Source of the DNA: Candidatus Micrarchaeia archaeon
GTDB lineage: Archaea > Micrarchaeota > Micrarchaeia > Burarchaeales > Fermentimicrarchaeaceae
NCBI GenBank assembly: GCA_038871515.1
Contig: JAVZHX010000002.1
Coordinates: 68,641 to 132,640 of the forward strand
Direction of reading: 5' to 3'
DNA length: 64,000 bases
Shown: positions 1-9,526 of the stretch, in pieces
Layout: each line of letters opens with the position of its first letter
How positions within the stretch are numbered: the stretch's first letter is position 1
The notes under the pieces: model-generated
The model's database searches: none
The model's input: the letters and a program-made list of their open reading frames with translations, nothing else
What the model was told of the DNA's origin: nothing
Position numbers and translations under genes: made by a program

Positions 1-653
1 CTTATTATTTCATCTATTTCGTTTGCATGTAGTTTAATGAACTCTCCCTTTTTTGTTTGAATGAATGGTTTTTTGATGTACTGATGGCTTCGCTCTTCGT
101 ATTGGTACATCGGGGTTTTCCATGACTTGCGCTCAGAAGGGTGGTTTGGGAGGGGCCAGCCATCAAATATATCCCTGTTCCTCAGCTCCCACCACACCCA
201 GTATTCCAGATGTTTCTGGCTGCGAGGCTTCCATAACTCTTTTTTCAAAGCTCCCTCTCTTGTGAACAGCTCAGCCAAGCTCTTAGCTCTTTTATGTGCG
301 GATAAACGAAGCTGAGGTGTTGATTTCTTGTGAGGATGGATGTAGGGAAACAATAAATCGTATGCCATATCCTCCGGCACGTAGCCAAATTTCTCTATCA
401 CTCCAATAACTAACTCCATTCCTTTTCTTTCCCTTTCAACCTTCAGGGAGTTGACTGTTTCTATATATTTCTGCTTTCCATCATTTCCAAATGAGAGAAC
501 ATTTTGGTTGTATAGGAGGTATTTGATAAGCCCTTTCTCTTCGTGAACAGCCACCTCATCTACAACTGCGCTCCTTGAAAAATCTTTTATTCTCTGCAAC
601 ACCTCTCCTTTTTCCCTAACAAGCTCTGGTGGCTTGGCAAGTTTTTCAACCAT
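1..653 (-). CDS. Hypothetical protein, runs off the window edge (partial)
   Basis: Manual translation: open frame from ATG at 653 to position 1 (MVEKLAKPPELVREKGEVLQRIKDF...); TATA-like TTTAAA 28 nt upstream; not in the ORF track because it has no stop in the window. Confidence 0.75.
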   Translation of the reverse strand, partial: MVEKLAKPPELVREKGEVLQRIKDFSRSAVVDEVAVHEEKGLIKYLLYNQNVLSFGNDGKQKYIETVNSLKVERERKGMELVIGVIEKFGYVPEDMAYDLLFPYIHPHKKSTPQLRLSAHKRAKSLAELFTREGALKKELWKPRSQKHLEYWVWWELRNRDIFDGWPLPNHPSERKSWKTPMYQYEERSHQYIKKPFIQTKKGEFIKLHANEIDEII

Positions 654-729
654 GTTTATTTTGTGAATTTTATTCTTTAAATTATTTAGTTATACAAAAC
701 AATAAAAAGCAGGGAAGGGTAATTTCTAC

Positions 730-1470
730 GTGCAAATCAAAAAAATATTGAAATTTATAAAGAGAAAGGTGAAGGAAGCAGGAGCAAGAGGGGTGGTTGT
801 TGGTTTAAGCGGAGGGGTGGATTCGGCTGTTGTAACTGCATTGTGCAAAACTGCTCTTGGCAGAAAAAAAGTGACTGCTCTTATCATACCTGAAAGCGAA
901 ACTCCTCAAGAGGATGTGGCAGATGCTGTGGAATTTGCTAAAAAAATTGGAGTTAGGTATTATATTGTTGACTTCAGCAATGTTTACAAAGAATTCGGAA
1001 AAGTTATTCCCATATTTGATGAAAAAGCTCTTATCCCAAACGGTAATCTGAAGGCAAGGATAAGGATGTGCATTTTGTATTACTTTGCAAACAGAAAGAA
1101 GCTTCTTGTAGCTGGGACTGGGAACAGAAGCGAGCTTCTGATGGGGTATTTCACGCGTTATGGGGATGGAGGAGTTGACTTTCTTCCAATTGGCAGGTTG
1201 TATAAAACAGATGTTGCGAAGCTTGCTAGGAAGCTTGGTATTCCAAATAAAATTATTGAGAAGAAACCATCGCCTGGTTTGTGGAGGGGGCAGACGGCTG
1301 AGGGTGAGCTTGGGATCCCATATGTGAAGTTAGATGAAGTTTTAAAGAGGCTGAAGTTTAGCGATTCAAAAATAGCGAAGGAAGTTGGTTTGAGCGAAGC
1401 AAAAGTGAGGGGAGTAAGGAAAAGAATAAAATTGATGAAATTCAAATGCGAAATGCCAGAAGTTGCGTGA
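730..1470 (+). CDS. nadE: NH3-dependent NAD+ synthetase
   Basis: PP-loop GLSGGVDS, GNLKARIRM, GTGNRSE, YGDGG, LYKT motifs. Confidence 0.93.
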   Translation: MQIKKILKFIKRKVKEAGARGVVVGLSGGVDSAVVTALCKTALGRKKVTALIIPESETPQEDVADAVEFAKKIGVRYYIVDFSNVYKEFGKVIPIFDEKALIPNGNLKARIRMCILYYFANRKKLLVAGTGNRSELLMGYFTRYGDGGVDFLPIGRLYKTDVAKLARKLGIPNKIIEKKPSPGLWRGQTAEGELGIPYVKLDEVLKRLKFSDSKIAKEVGLSEAKVRGVRKRIKLMKFKCEMPEVA

Positions 1471-1480
1471 GGGTGATTAA

Positions 1481-2548
1481 TTGAATATAGAGGATAAGGT
1501 TTTTCTTGTGAAAAGAAAGCCAACTGAGGAGGTGCTCACAGAGCAGGAACTTGTTAAGTTGTTTGAGGAGGAGGAGCATCCCCAGCATTACATTGGATTT
1601 GAGATAAGCGGGATGATGCACATAGGCTCTGCGCTTATGACTGCGATGAAGATTGATGATTTTATCAAAGCAGGAATAAAACCAATAATATGGCTCGCCG
1701 ATTATCATTCGTGGATAAATAAAAAATTGGGTGGGGATTTGGGTTTGATAAGGGAGGTTGCAAGAGGGTATTTCAAAGCTGGTTTTGTTTCGCTTGGGCT
1801 TGATGAGTCAAAAGTGAAGTACATGCTGGCAAGTGAGCATTATGATCAGTGGTATTGGGTTAAGGTGATTGAGGTTATGAAAAACGCAAGCATACAGAGG
1901 ATGCTCAGGTGTGTTACGATAATGGGAAGAAAGGAAACAGAGGTTACTGAGTCAGCTGCAATATTATACCCGGCAATGCAGGCAGCGGATATATTTCATT
2001 TGAAAGTTAGGATAATGCATGCTGGTATGGATCAGAGGAAGGTGCATGTGCTTGCAAGAGAAGTTGCTGAGAGGATGAAGTGGCCCAAGCCAATTGCTGT
2101 GCACACCCATCTTTTAATGGGATTGCAGGGACCTCAGAGAATGGGGTTTGAAACAAGTGAGAAGCTTGACACTCAGGTTTCATCAAAGATGAGCAAAAGC
2201 ATACCGAAAAGCTGTATATACGTTCATGATTCTGAGGAGGAGATAAAAAAGAAAATAGAGGGAGCTTACTGCCCTGAAAAAGAGGTTGAAAACAATCCCG
2301 TGCTTGAGCTTTGCGAGTATATAATAATGAGGGATAAACCACTTAGAGTTGAGAGAAGCAGCAAGTATGGAGGAGATGTGGAGTATATGAAGTTTGAGGA
2401 GTTGAGGGAAGCGTATAAGAAAGGGGAGCTTCATCCTGCTGATTTGAAAAACGCTGTTGCAAGAGAGCTGACAGCAATTCTGAAGCCGAGCAGGGAGTAT
2501 TTCAGCAAACGCCAGGAGCTTCTTGAAGTTTTCAAGAAGGAGAAGTAG
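1481..2548 (+). CDS. tyrS: Tyrosyl-tRNA synthetase
   Basis: YIGFEISG, HIGS (HIGH-like), YPAMQAAD, GMDQRKVH, KMSKS. Confidence 0.96.
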   Translation: MNIEDKVFLVKRKPTEEVLTEQELVKLFEEEEHPQHYIGFEISGMMHIGSALMTAMKIDDFIKAGIKPIIWLADYHSWINKKLGGDLGLIREVARGYFKAGFVSLGLDESKVKYMLASEHYDQWYWVKVIEVMKNASIQRMLRCVTIMGRKETEVTESAAILYPAMQAADIFHLKVRIMHAGMDQRKVHVLAREVAERMKWPKPIAVHTHLLMGLQGPQRMGFETSEKLDTQVSSKMSKSIPKSCIYVHDSEEEIKKKIEGAYCPEKEVENNPVLELCEYIIMRDKPLRVERSSKYGGDVEYMKFEELREAYKKGELHPADLKNAVARELTAILKPSREYFSKRQELLEVFKKEK

Positions 2549-2579
2549 CTATTTAAATTTTTTTAATAAAAAAGTATTG

Positions 2580-2954
2580 ATGATTGAGGCTGTTGTTGAT
2601 ACAAATTTTCTGATGCTTGCTCATCAATTTAAATTAAACATACCTGAACAGCTTGAGGGGTTGCTTGGTAGTTATAGGATGGTGACGTGCAGTGGGGTGA
2701 TGGGGGAGCTGGAGAAGCTGAGCTTGGGAAAAGGAAGGAATGGGGCGGCAGCTAGGTATGCGTTGAAGTTAGTGAAGGAGTGCAACGTAGAAGTGAAGAA
2801 AAGCATAGGAGACGTGGATGAGTGGATTGTGAGTTATTGCAAAAGGAGAGACGCAGTTGCCTGCACTGTTGATAAAAAGCTGAGGGAGAGATTGAAAAGA
2901 GAGGGAGTGAGGGTTGTTATAATGAGGGGCAAAAAAACGCTTGAGTTTGCTTAA
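2580..2954 (+). CDS. PIN-domain ribonuclease (Fcf1/Utp24-like)
   Basis: VDTNFL, EL, DVD, TVDKKL acidic PIN motifs; usual position before rpo7; start moved to ATG 2580. Confidence 0.85.
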   Translation: MIEAVVDTNFLMLAHQFKLNIPEQLEGLLGSYRMVTCSGVMGELEKLSLGKGRNGAAARYALKLVKECNVEVKKSIGDVDEWIVSYCKRRDAVACTVDKKLRERLKREGVRVVIMRGKKTLEFA

Positions 2955-2988
2955 TTATATAATATTTGCGCAACAAAATGGTGATAGC

Positions 2989-3543
2989 ATGTATTACATA
3001 ACAACCGTTCAGGATACTGTGAGAGTGGATCCAAAGTATTTTTCAAAGGATTTGAAGGAAGCAGTGATAGAGATAGTTAGGGAGAAGTATGAGAGAAGAG
3101 TTGACAAGAACTTTGGGATAGTGCTCTGTGTCTGGAATGCGAGAGAGATAGGGGAGGGGAGGGTGATACCTGGGGATGGGGCATCATATCACGAAGCGAC
3201 TTTTGATTTGCTTTCCTACAAACCTGAGCTGAATGAAGTTTTTGAGGGAGAGGTGAGTGAGATAGTGGAGTTTGGAGCGTTTGTTAGAATGGGTCCTGTT
3301 GATGGGCTGGTTCATCTTTCGCAGATAACGAATGACTTTCTTTCATTTGATAAGAAGATACCTGCGTTTGTGGGGAAGCAGAGCAAGAAAATAATAAAGA
3401 AAGGAGATGATGTGCTCGCAAAAATATCAACGGTGAGCATGAAAAGCAGCATACCGGAAACGAAAATTGGTTTGACGATGAGGCCTGAGGGGTTGGGAAA
3501 GCTGGAGTGGATAAAAGAGGAAACGCCAGCTGGTAAGAAGTGA
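2989..3543 (+). CDS. rpo7: DNA-directed RNA polymerase subunit E' (Rpo7)
   Basis: PGDGASYH, S1 domain FGAFVRMGPVDGLVHLSQI, KIGLTMRPEGLGK; GGTGA SD before ATG 2989. Confidence 0.96.
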   Translation: MYYITTVQDTVRVDPKYFSKDLKEAVIEIVREKYERRVDKNFGIVLCVWNAREIGEGRVIPGDGASYHEATFDLLSYKPELNEVFEGEVSEIVEFGAFVRMGPVDGLVHLSQITNDFLSFDKKIPAFVGKQSKKIIKKGDDVLAKISTVSMKSSIPETKIGLTMRPEGLGKLEWIKEETPAGKK

Positions 3544-3547
3544 GAGT

Positions 3548-3739
3548 ATGGTTGAGAGAGCATGCAAGAGCTGCAGGTTTATTGTAAGCGAAGGCTCCAC
3601 ATGCCCAAACTGCGGAGGAACGGAGCTTACCGATAAGTGGAGCAGCTATTTGGTAGTTTTCAATGTTGATAAATCTGAGCTTGCAAAGAGCATGGGGGCA
3701 AAGCTTCCTGGGAAATACGCATTGAGGATAAAGGGTTAA
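3548..3739 (+). CDS. spt4: Transcription elongation factor Spt4 (RpoE'')
   Basis: ACKSC...CPNCG zinc ribbon, SELAK, PGKYAL; directly after rpo7. Confidence 0.95.
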   Translation: MVERACKSCRFIVSEGSTCPNCGGTELTDKWSSYLVVFNVDKSELAKSMGAKLPGKYALRIKG

Positions 3740-4782
3740 TCACCCACCATCCTTAATCTGTTGAGCATTATAAGCTTCTCCACTTCAATCTCCTCCACGG
3801 TTCCAATAACCTCATTTTTGAAAACAACTGGGAGGAGAGGTAGCTCGGTAAGCCTCATCTTCTTCCATGCTTCAAGGATTGGCTCGTCAAGCACGCAGGT
3901 AGGGCATGGCTGGGCTACGCTTCCAACCCTAACCTTCCCCCAGCTTTTCTTGCTCACCTGCGAGATTCTTCTGTAGCTGAGCACCTTTACCGGGAAATCT
4001 GAAACAACTGCTGCTGGCGAGCGTAGAGAAAGCATAAGGGAGAAAGCATCCTGTATGGTTAGGGAGGGTTCTATCACGAGAGGGGAGAAGTTCGTCGCAT
4101 CTCGCACATAAAGCCCTTTTGCTGACTCTTTGAGAACTGCTAGGTTAAACTCCGCTTCTGAAGCAGCGTAGATTACCATCGCGATTATTGTGTTCCATAC
4201 CAAAAAACCAATAACGTCTGTGAGAAGAGCAATAACGAGAGAGGTGAAGAGAAGAATGAAAATGACGAATCTGCTTAGCTTAACCGCAGCCTCAGTTGCT
4301 TTCAAATGGCCAACCTTTTTCTCCTGAATGCTTCTCCAAACCCTACCTCCGTCAAGGGGGATGGCCGGAAGTAGGTTGAATAAACCTAGTATAAGGTTTA
4401 TCTCTATAACTGCTGAGAGGATTGATGCGAATGGCTCTGAGGTAAGAAAGAGTCTTGTGATGAACGCAATGGCAACAACTATAAAGTTAAAGATTGGACC
4501 TGCAATTGCAAGTTTTAGCTCAACGTCTGGAGGAATTGAAATTTCCTCAATCATCGCCATTCCACCAATTGGGAAGAGGGTTATCCTTCTAACTTCAACT
4601 CCATTGCGAATTGCAATAATGGAGTGGGAGAGCTCGTGGAGCACAACGAAAGTGAAAAGCATTAAAGCTGAAAGAGCTGCATCAAGCCCTCCGGAGAGGG
4701 AGATGAGGAGGATGAGAAGGAGGAAGCTCCAGTGAAGCTCTATCTCTATGCCGAGAAGTTTGAATTTTATTGATAACGCCAT
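3736..4782 (-). CDS. Site-2 protease (M50) with C-terminal CBS pair
   Basis: HELSH, AGP, FNLLPAIPLDGGR, hydrophobic segments, CBS-like C-terminus. Confidence 0.92.
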   Translation of the reverse strand: MALSIKFKLLGIEIELHWSFLLLILLISLSGGLDAALSALMLFTFVVLHELSHSIIAIRNGVEVRRITLFPIGGMAMIEEISIPPDVELKLAIAGPIFNFIVVAIAFITRLFLTSEPFASILSAVIEINLILGLFNLLPAIPLDGGRVWRSIQEKKVGHLKATEAAVKLSRFVIFILLFTSLVIALLTDVIGFLVWNTIIAMVIYAASEAEFNLAVLKESAKGLYVRDATNFSPLVIEPSLTIQDAFSLMLSLRSPAAVVSDFPVKVLSYRRISQVSKKSWGKVRVGSVAQPCPTCVLDEPILEAWKKMRLTELPLLPVVFKNEVIGTVEEIEVEKLIMLNRLRMVGD

Positions 4783-4813
4783 GGTTGTTTTTTGGTTTGA
4801 GAAGTAATAAAAG

Positions 4814-5518
4814 CTATTGGGAGAGCTCCTTTCTTAACCAGAGTATTCTGCCGAGCATGTAGAGAACGTCCTTCGTGAAGCTCACTTTGGTGAATCTTCC
4901 GTGAGACCAGCGGATTGGAATCTCATCAACTCTCATTCCTTCCCTCTGAGCTCTCACTAAAATTTCGGTATCCCAGAACCAGTAGTCATCCTTCACTTTC
5001 TTTAGAAGGGGGAGAACATCGCGCATTCTGAATGCTTTGAAACCGCATTGGTGGTCCATAATTCTTGAGCCAAGTAAAACTCTTACTAGAAAATTGAAAA
5101 TTCTGCTTGCAATCTCCCTTTTCATCGGCCTTTGGGTGGCTGAGCCCTTCATAAGGCGGGAGCCTGTTGCTATGGATGCGCCGTCCTCAATTCTCTCTAT
5201 AAGTTGTTTCAAATGCGATGGGTGAGATGAGAGGTCTGCATCCATATAAACTGCAATTCTTCCTCTTGCTTTCCTCAGTGCTTTTTTCAGAGCTTTGCCT
5301 CTCCCAAGCCTTTTTCTGCTGTGCAGCAGTTTTACTGACGAATTTTTCTCAGCAATTCTCCTTGCTATCTCGTAGGTTCCATCAGTGCTTCCATCCTCAG
5401 CAATTATAATTTCAAAGCTGGGTGTTATTGAGGAAACTGTGGCAATTACTTTGTTTACCGAACTTTCAAGTACTGAGGATTCGTTGTGAACTGGAAGAAT
5501 GATTGATAGGTATACCAT
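4814..5518 (-). CDS. GT2 glycosyltransferase (polyprenyl-phosphate hexose synthase-like)
   Basis: IILPVHNE, EDGSTDGT, DAD, GSR, DHQCGFK, WFWDTE. Confidence 0.9.
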   Translation of the reverse strand: MVYLSIILPVHNESSVLESSVNKVIATVSSITPSFEIIIAEDGSTDGTYEIARRIAEKNSSVKLLHSRKRLGRGKALKKALRKARGRIAVYMDADLSSHPSHLKQLIERIEDGASIATGSRLMKGSATQRPMKREIASRIFNFLVRVLLGSRIMDHQCGFKAFRMRDVLPLLKKVKDDYWFWDTEILVRAQREGMRVDEIPIRWSHGRFTKVSFTKDVLYMLGRILWLRKELSQ

Positions 5519-5559
5519 CTCACCACTAGGGATTTATTTTTATTTTGCATAGTATTCTC

Positions 5560-6300
5560 ATGAAAAGTTTAAAATTTATCTGCAACGAGCCAGCTGCTCT
5601 GTATAAAAAAACCCTTATTGTTGCGGATTTGCATCTGGGAGTTGAGAGAAGCATGTTTGGGGCAATTCAGATGGACTTCTTTGAAAAAACAAAGGAAAAG
5701 TTACTCAGAATTATGGACGAAACAAACTGCGATGAAGTTGTAATAGTTGGTGATTTGAAGCATGATATACCTGGGATGCCTTACTTTGAAAGGAAGAAGC
5801 TGAAGGGGTTTGTTGACGAGTTGAAGAAGAGAGTAAATGTTGTGATTGTGATGGGAAACCATGATGGCGGGGTAAGGAAAATTGCAGAGGGAGTTGAGGT
5901 GCATGGGGCAGCTGGAGTGATGAGGGATTCTGTTTCATTCACCCATGGGCATGCATGGCCGTCTGAGAGAATGATGAAAGCAGATTGGCTTGTGGTTGCT
6001 CACAACCACCCATGCATTGAGTTTGTTGATAAACTGGGTTACAGGAGAGTTGAAAAAGTTTGGGTTGTTGGAGAGATTGATGAAAGGAAAGTTGAAAAGA
6101 AGTTTAAGGAGTTTAACAGAAAGATGAAGTTTGTTGTTATGCCCGCTTTCAGCGAGCTTGTTGGGGGGATGGTTTTCAATTCTGCAAACAGAAAGCTTCT
6201 CGGCCCTATGTTCAGAAATGAAATGTTTAAATTGGATGAGGCAGAAATAACATTGCTAAGTGGAGTGAAGCTTGGTAAACTGAAGGAGGTGGAAGAATGA
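5560..6300 (+). CDS. Metallophosphoesterase (ICC-like, COG1407 type)
   Basis: ADLHLG, GDLKH, GNHD, HGH, HNHP, MPAF. Confidence 0.88.
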   Translation: MKSLKFICNEPAALYKKTLIVADLHLGVERSMFGAIQMDFFEKTKEKLLRIMDETNCDEVVIVGDLKHDIPGMPYFERKKLKGFVDELKKRVNVVIVMGNHDGGVRKIAEGVEVHGAAGVMRDSVSFTHGHAWPSERMMKADWLVVAHNHPCIEFVDKLGYRRVEKVWVVGEIDERKVEKKFKEFNRKMKFVVMPAFSELVGGMVFNSANRKLLGPMFRNEMFKLDEAEITLLSGVKLGKLKEVEE

Positions 6301-6524
6301 GAGGCAGGGACAGAATGGTGATATGCGGAGCATGCGGAAGAAGGATACCCAGAAGCAAGGCAGTTAAGTATGAGAGGTCAACTGTTTTCAGCACTGATTT
6401 GAAAACTGCTGATGATGTGAAGTTTATTGAGAGGAGGAAGTTCTACTACTGCCCAAGCTGTGGGAAGAGTTTAGGTATATATGAGAGAAAGAAAAAAATG
6501 GCAATGGCGAAGTATAACAGGTGA
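6297..6524 (+). CDS. rps26e: Ribosomal protein eS26-like zinc protein (N-terminally short)
   Basis: GR-x3-V-x-C-x2-CGRxxPxxKA ... YYC-x2-C-x3-LGI layout matches eS26; basic. Confidence 0.72.
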   Translation: MRGRDRMVICGACGRRIPRSKAVKYERSTVFSTDLKTADDVKFIERRKFYYCPSCGKSLGIYERKKKMAMAKYNR

Positions 6525-6530
6525 AAGTGA

Positions 6531-7106
6531 ATGCCAAACTGCGTTAATCACCCAGGAAAGGAAGGAATATACAGGTGCGCCAGATGCAAGAGGTATTTTT
6601 GCACAATATGCGTTGAGCTGATAGGTGATAAAGCGTATTGTTATGAATGTTTAAAAGAGATAGTCAGGGAGAGCAGGGAGGAGGCGAGGAAGGGTTTAAC
6701 TTTGAAGCTTGGGGTGGGCAGCGTGCTTGCGCTGCTTATCGCTCTTGCAAGCCTTAGGGATGCAATCCCCTTCTTGCTTTACGTTTACAAAAACTCTGTT
6801 GGTTTTTATGAGCCGTACAGTCCCTATCTAATCCCATACGTGTTTTCCTTCATAATTGGTTTGGTGTTGCTTGCGCTGAGTTTGGGTTTGGCAACAACTA
6901 GCAGATGGGCGTATAGATATGGAATAGCAATAACTTTCATCATTCTCGTTATTAATTTTCTGAAAGCATTTTCAACTGGGATGGCTGATAGGATGCTCGC
7001 CAACCCATATGGCTCGGAAGCTGCTTTCTTTGGGACAATGGTGCTGGGTCCATTTCTGCTTTTTGCGATAGTTCTAATCAGCAGAAAGGAGCTTCTTGGT
7101 TGGTAG
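6531..7106 (+). CDS. B-box-type zinc finger fused to about 4 TM segments
   Basis: CxNHP...CxxC...CxxC...CxxC then four hydrophobic helices. Confidence 0.7.
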   Translation: MPNCVNHPGKEGIYRCARCKRYFCTICVELIGDKAYCYECLKEIVRESREEARKGLTLKLGVGSVLALLIALASLRDAIPFLLYVYKNSVGFYEPYSPYLIPYVFSFIIGLVLLALSLGLATTSRWAYRYGIAITFIILVINFLKAFSTGMADRMLANPYGSEAAFFGTMVLGPFLLFAIVLISRKELLGW

Positions 7107-8297
7107 TCACTCAAGAAGGTTTTTCTCAATTATGCTTCTCACTTTTGTTGGGGAGTAGATTAGTTTTATGAGTTTGGTATGTCCACGCAAGCCTTTACCG
7201 GATTCAACCGTTGCGATGAGCCCAAGCATCTCAAGCTCCCTGAGGTATTCGCGGTACCATCTGGCGCTTCTCGGCTCCTTTTTGAAATTCTTTGAATCTC
7301 TCACATAGTTTTCGTAAACCTCCCCAGAAAGTAGGTAGTTATCCGTATTCCCAGTCAGCTTGGAATACCTGCCGCCATCCATTGATAAATTTGCAATTGA
7401 GTAAAGGACAATCTGCTGGTGCTGCGGGAGGGTGCTTATCGCCTCTATTGACACATCCTCATCAACTGATTTTCTGGCTGCGATGACATGTTTCTCTGAA
7501 ACAACTCCTGCTCCCTCCTCATCAACTATCTCACCCGCTCTTAAAATAAGTTTCAGCGCATAGCGCGCATCCCCATTATCCTGAGCAGCAATTGCAGCTG
7601 CGAGGTTTATTGCTGATTCATCAACCGTTCCATCAGAAAAACCAAGCTTTACCCGTTGTTCAAGTATTGACTTCAATTGGTTGGACGTGTAAGGTGGAAA
7701 AACCATCTCTGTTTCATAAAGGGTGCTTCTGCTTCTTGGGTCAAGCCTCTCCTTGAAATACAATTTGTTTGAAATTCCAATCAGCGATATTCCTCCACTC
7801 TTCAAATCATCATTCGCTCTTGTGAGGGTGTATATTAAATCATCCAAATCCCTCACCATATCAACTTCATCAAGCACAACCACCATAACAATTCCTTTTG
7901 ACTGCAGAAATTCAAGTATTTTTTCATAGAAGAAGGATAAGCCGTAACCAAGTTTCGCATGTTCAGGTAAATAATCCTTCATTAATTTATGAAAAACTCT
8001 GTAACGTGTGTTGTATATTCTGCAGTTCACATAGCACATCCTTGCTCTCTCGCTTTTCATCTCCTCAAATTTCTCCATCACGTATTTCACAGATGAAGTT
8101 TTCCCCGTTCCAGTTTTGCCGTATATGAAAAGGCTTCTTGGTTTCTCTCCTTTCAAAGCAGGTGAAACAGCGGACATTATCGCGCTTATCTCTTTCTCCC
8201 TATGCGGCAAGGTTGATGGTATGTAATGAGGTGACAGGACGTTTCTGTCTCGGAAGATGCTGCTTCTCGATAGGATATCCTGAAAAGAGCTTAGCAA
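7107..8297 (-). CDS. cdc6: Orc1/Cdc6 replication initiator
   Basis: LPHRE, GKTGTGKT, LDEVD, FPPY, GDARYAL, C-terminal winged helix LEMLGLI; start placed at TTG 8297 after a GGTGG SD (track ORF starts at 8321). Confidence 0.95.
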   Translation of the reverse strand: MLSSFQDILSRSSIFRDRNVLSPHYIPSTLPHREKEISAIMSAVSPALKGEKPRSLFIYGKTGTGKTSSVKYVMEKFEEMKSERARMCYVNCRIYNTRYRVFHKLMKDYLPEHAKLGYGLSFFYEKILEFLQSKGIVMVVVLDEVDMVRDLDDLIYTLTRANDDLKSGGISLIGISNKLYFKERLDPRSRSTLYETEMVFPPYTSNQLKSILEQRVKLGFSDGTVDESAINLAAAIAAQDNGDARYALKLILRAGEIVDEEGAGVVSEKHVIAARKSVDEDVSIEAISTLPQHQQIVLYSIANLSMDGGRYSKLTGNTDNYLLSGEVYENYVRDSKNFKKEPRSARWYREYLRELEMLGLIATVESGKGLRGHTKLIKLIYSPTKVRSIIEKNLLE

Positions 8298-8451
8298 ATG
8301 ACCACCGGCCAGTAAGTTCACCCAAACGGTAATAGGTAGTTTTACTGCAAAAGGTTATTAAGGTTTTCGAACTGCTTTGAATGTGCGAGAAGAAAAGTAT
8401 TTAAACTACCTTATCAAAAGTTAAAGTGTTGTATTCAAAAGAGGTGGAAAT

Positions 8452-8820
8452 ATGGGGATACTTCAGAGGTTGTCAAAGGCGCTTGGTATAAGCAAGGATA
8501 TGGATATTGAGGAGTATATAGATACAGCTGAATTGGAGAATGTGGATGTGCTGCACGAGGCAGCGGATTTCTATGTGAAGCCAGTTGCCCTTGAAAGCGA
8601 GGAGGATGTGAAGGTAATTGAGAATGAGCTGAGACAGAGGAATATAATACTTCTGAATGTCTCTCCGATGTCAAGGAATACGCCAAAGCTGAAGACGATT
8701 GTTTCAAACCTGAAAGCATTCTCAATGAAAATTGATGGGGATATAGCGAGAATAGATAACGACAAGATTCTGCTTACTCCCTCAAAAGTGAAAATTGTGA
8801 AGTCAAGAAAGAAAGCTTAG
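8452..8820 (+). CDS. sepF: Cell division protein SepF
   Basis: Amphipathic N-terminus, NIILLNV, GDIARI, ILLTPSKVKI. Confidence 0.88.
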   Translation: MGILQRLSKALGISKDMDIEEYIDTAELENVDVLHEAADFYVKPVALESEEDVKVIENELRQRNIILLNVSPMSRNTPKLKTIVSNLKAFSMKIDGDIARIDNDKILLTPSKVKIVKSRKKA

Positions 8821-9526
8821 AATTTTTTATTTTCAAACTTTTTCTCACTCTCTGTAATGCGCATAGTATTGCATTTGCCTCAATTTTTGAAATCAAAGAA
8901 CGTCCAATCACTCTTTTGAAGGATAGTTTTATTTTCTCAGGGCTTCTGAGCTTTGGGGAGAAGTAATCAACTATGCTGTTAAAGCAGCGTATAAGCATCT
9001 CCTTCTCCCTGCCACCTGCTCTCTCTATCATCTCCTCATTCTTCCTCATTGATAATTCATAAAGCACAATTGCAAGCGCGTGGGAAAGGTTAAGAACAGG
9101 GTATTTCTCATCAGCGGGTATGGTTACCAGAAAATCACATCTCTTTATCTCCTGCTTGTTCAACCCGGTGCCCTCTCTTCCAAACAGAACTGCAAACTTC
9201 CCATCAACCTTTTTCATTCTCTCAGCAAACTCTGCTGGTGAAATTGGGTTGCGTATTATGTTTCTGCTTCTGCTTATCACCCCCGTTGTTCCAACAACAA
9301 AGTCGCATCCTGCAAGAGCATCCTCCAAGTGATTCACGAGTTTTGCTTTTTGAAGTAAATGAGTTGCGTGCTTAGCAAACATCCTTGCATTGAACCCAAT
9401 CTCAACTTTGGGGTTTACTATGTAAAGCTCCTCAAACCCAAAGTTTGCCATCACCCGCGCGGCATAACCGATGTTTATCTCATACTCTGGTTCAACAAGC
9501 ACAATTCTTATCCTACTCCTCCTCAT
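8774..9526 (-). CDS. trmJ: SPOUT RNA methyltransferase, TrmJ family
   Basis: IVLVEP...NIG...RVMANFG, FGREGTGL, YPVLNLSHA; 3' end overlaps sepF. Confidence 0.9.
   Translation of the reverse strand: MRRSRIRIVLVEPEYEINIGYAARVMANFGFEELYIVNPKVEIGFNARMFAKHATHLLQKAKLVNHLEDALAGCDFVVGTTGVISRSRNIIRNPISPAEFAERMKKVDGKFAVLFGREGTGLNKQEIKRCDFLVTIPADEKYPVLNLSHALAIVLYELSMRKNEEMIERAGGREKEMLIRCFNSIVDYFSPKLRSPEKIKLSFKRVIGRSLISKIEANAILCALQRVRKSLKIKNSKLSFLTSQFSLLRE

Noticed and set aside
8298..8451. Replication origin next to cdc6
   Set aside because: The spacer is short, and I see no repeated ORB-like boxes (TTCCAGTGGAAAC/G-string) or flanked AT-rich unwinding element
8774..8820. Frameshift or pseudogene at the trmJ/sepF overlap
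   Set aside because: Both ORFs are complete, and short convergent overlaps are common in this window
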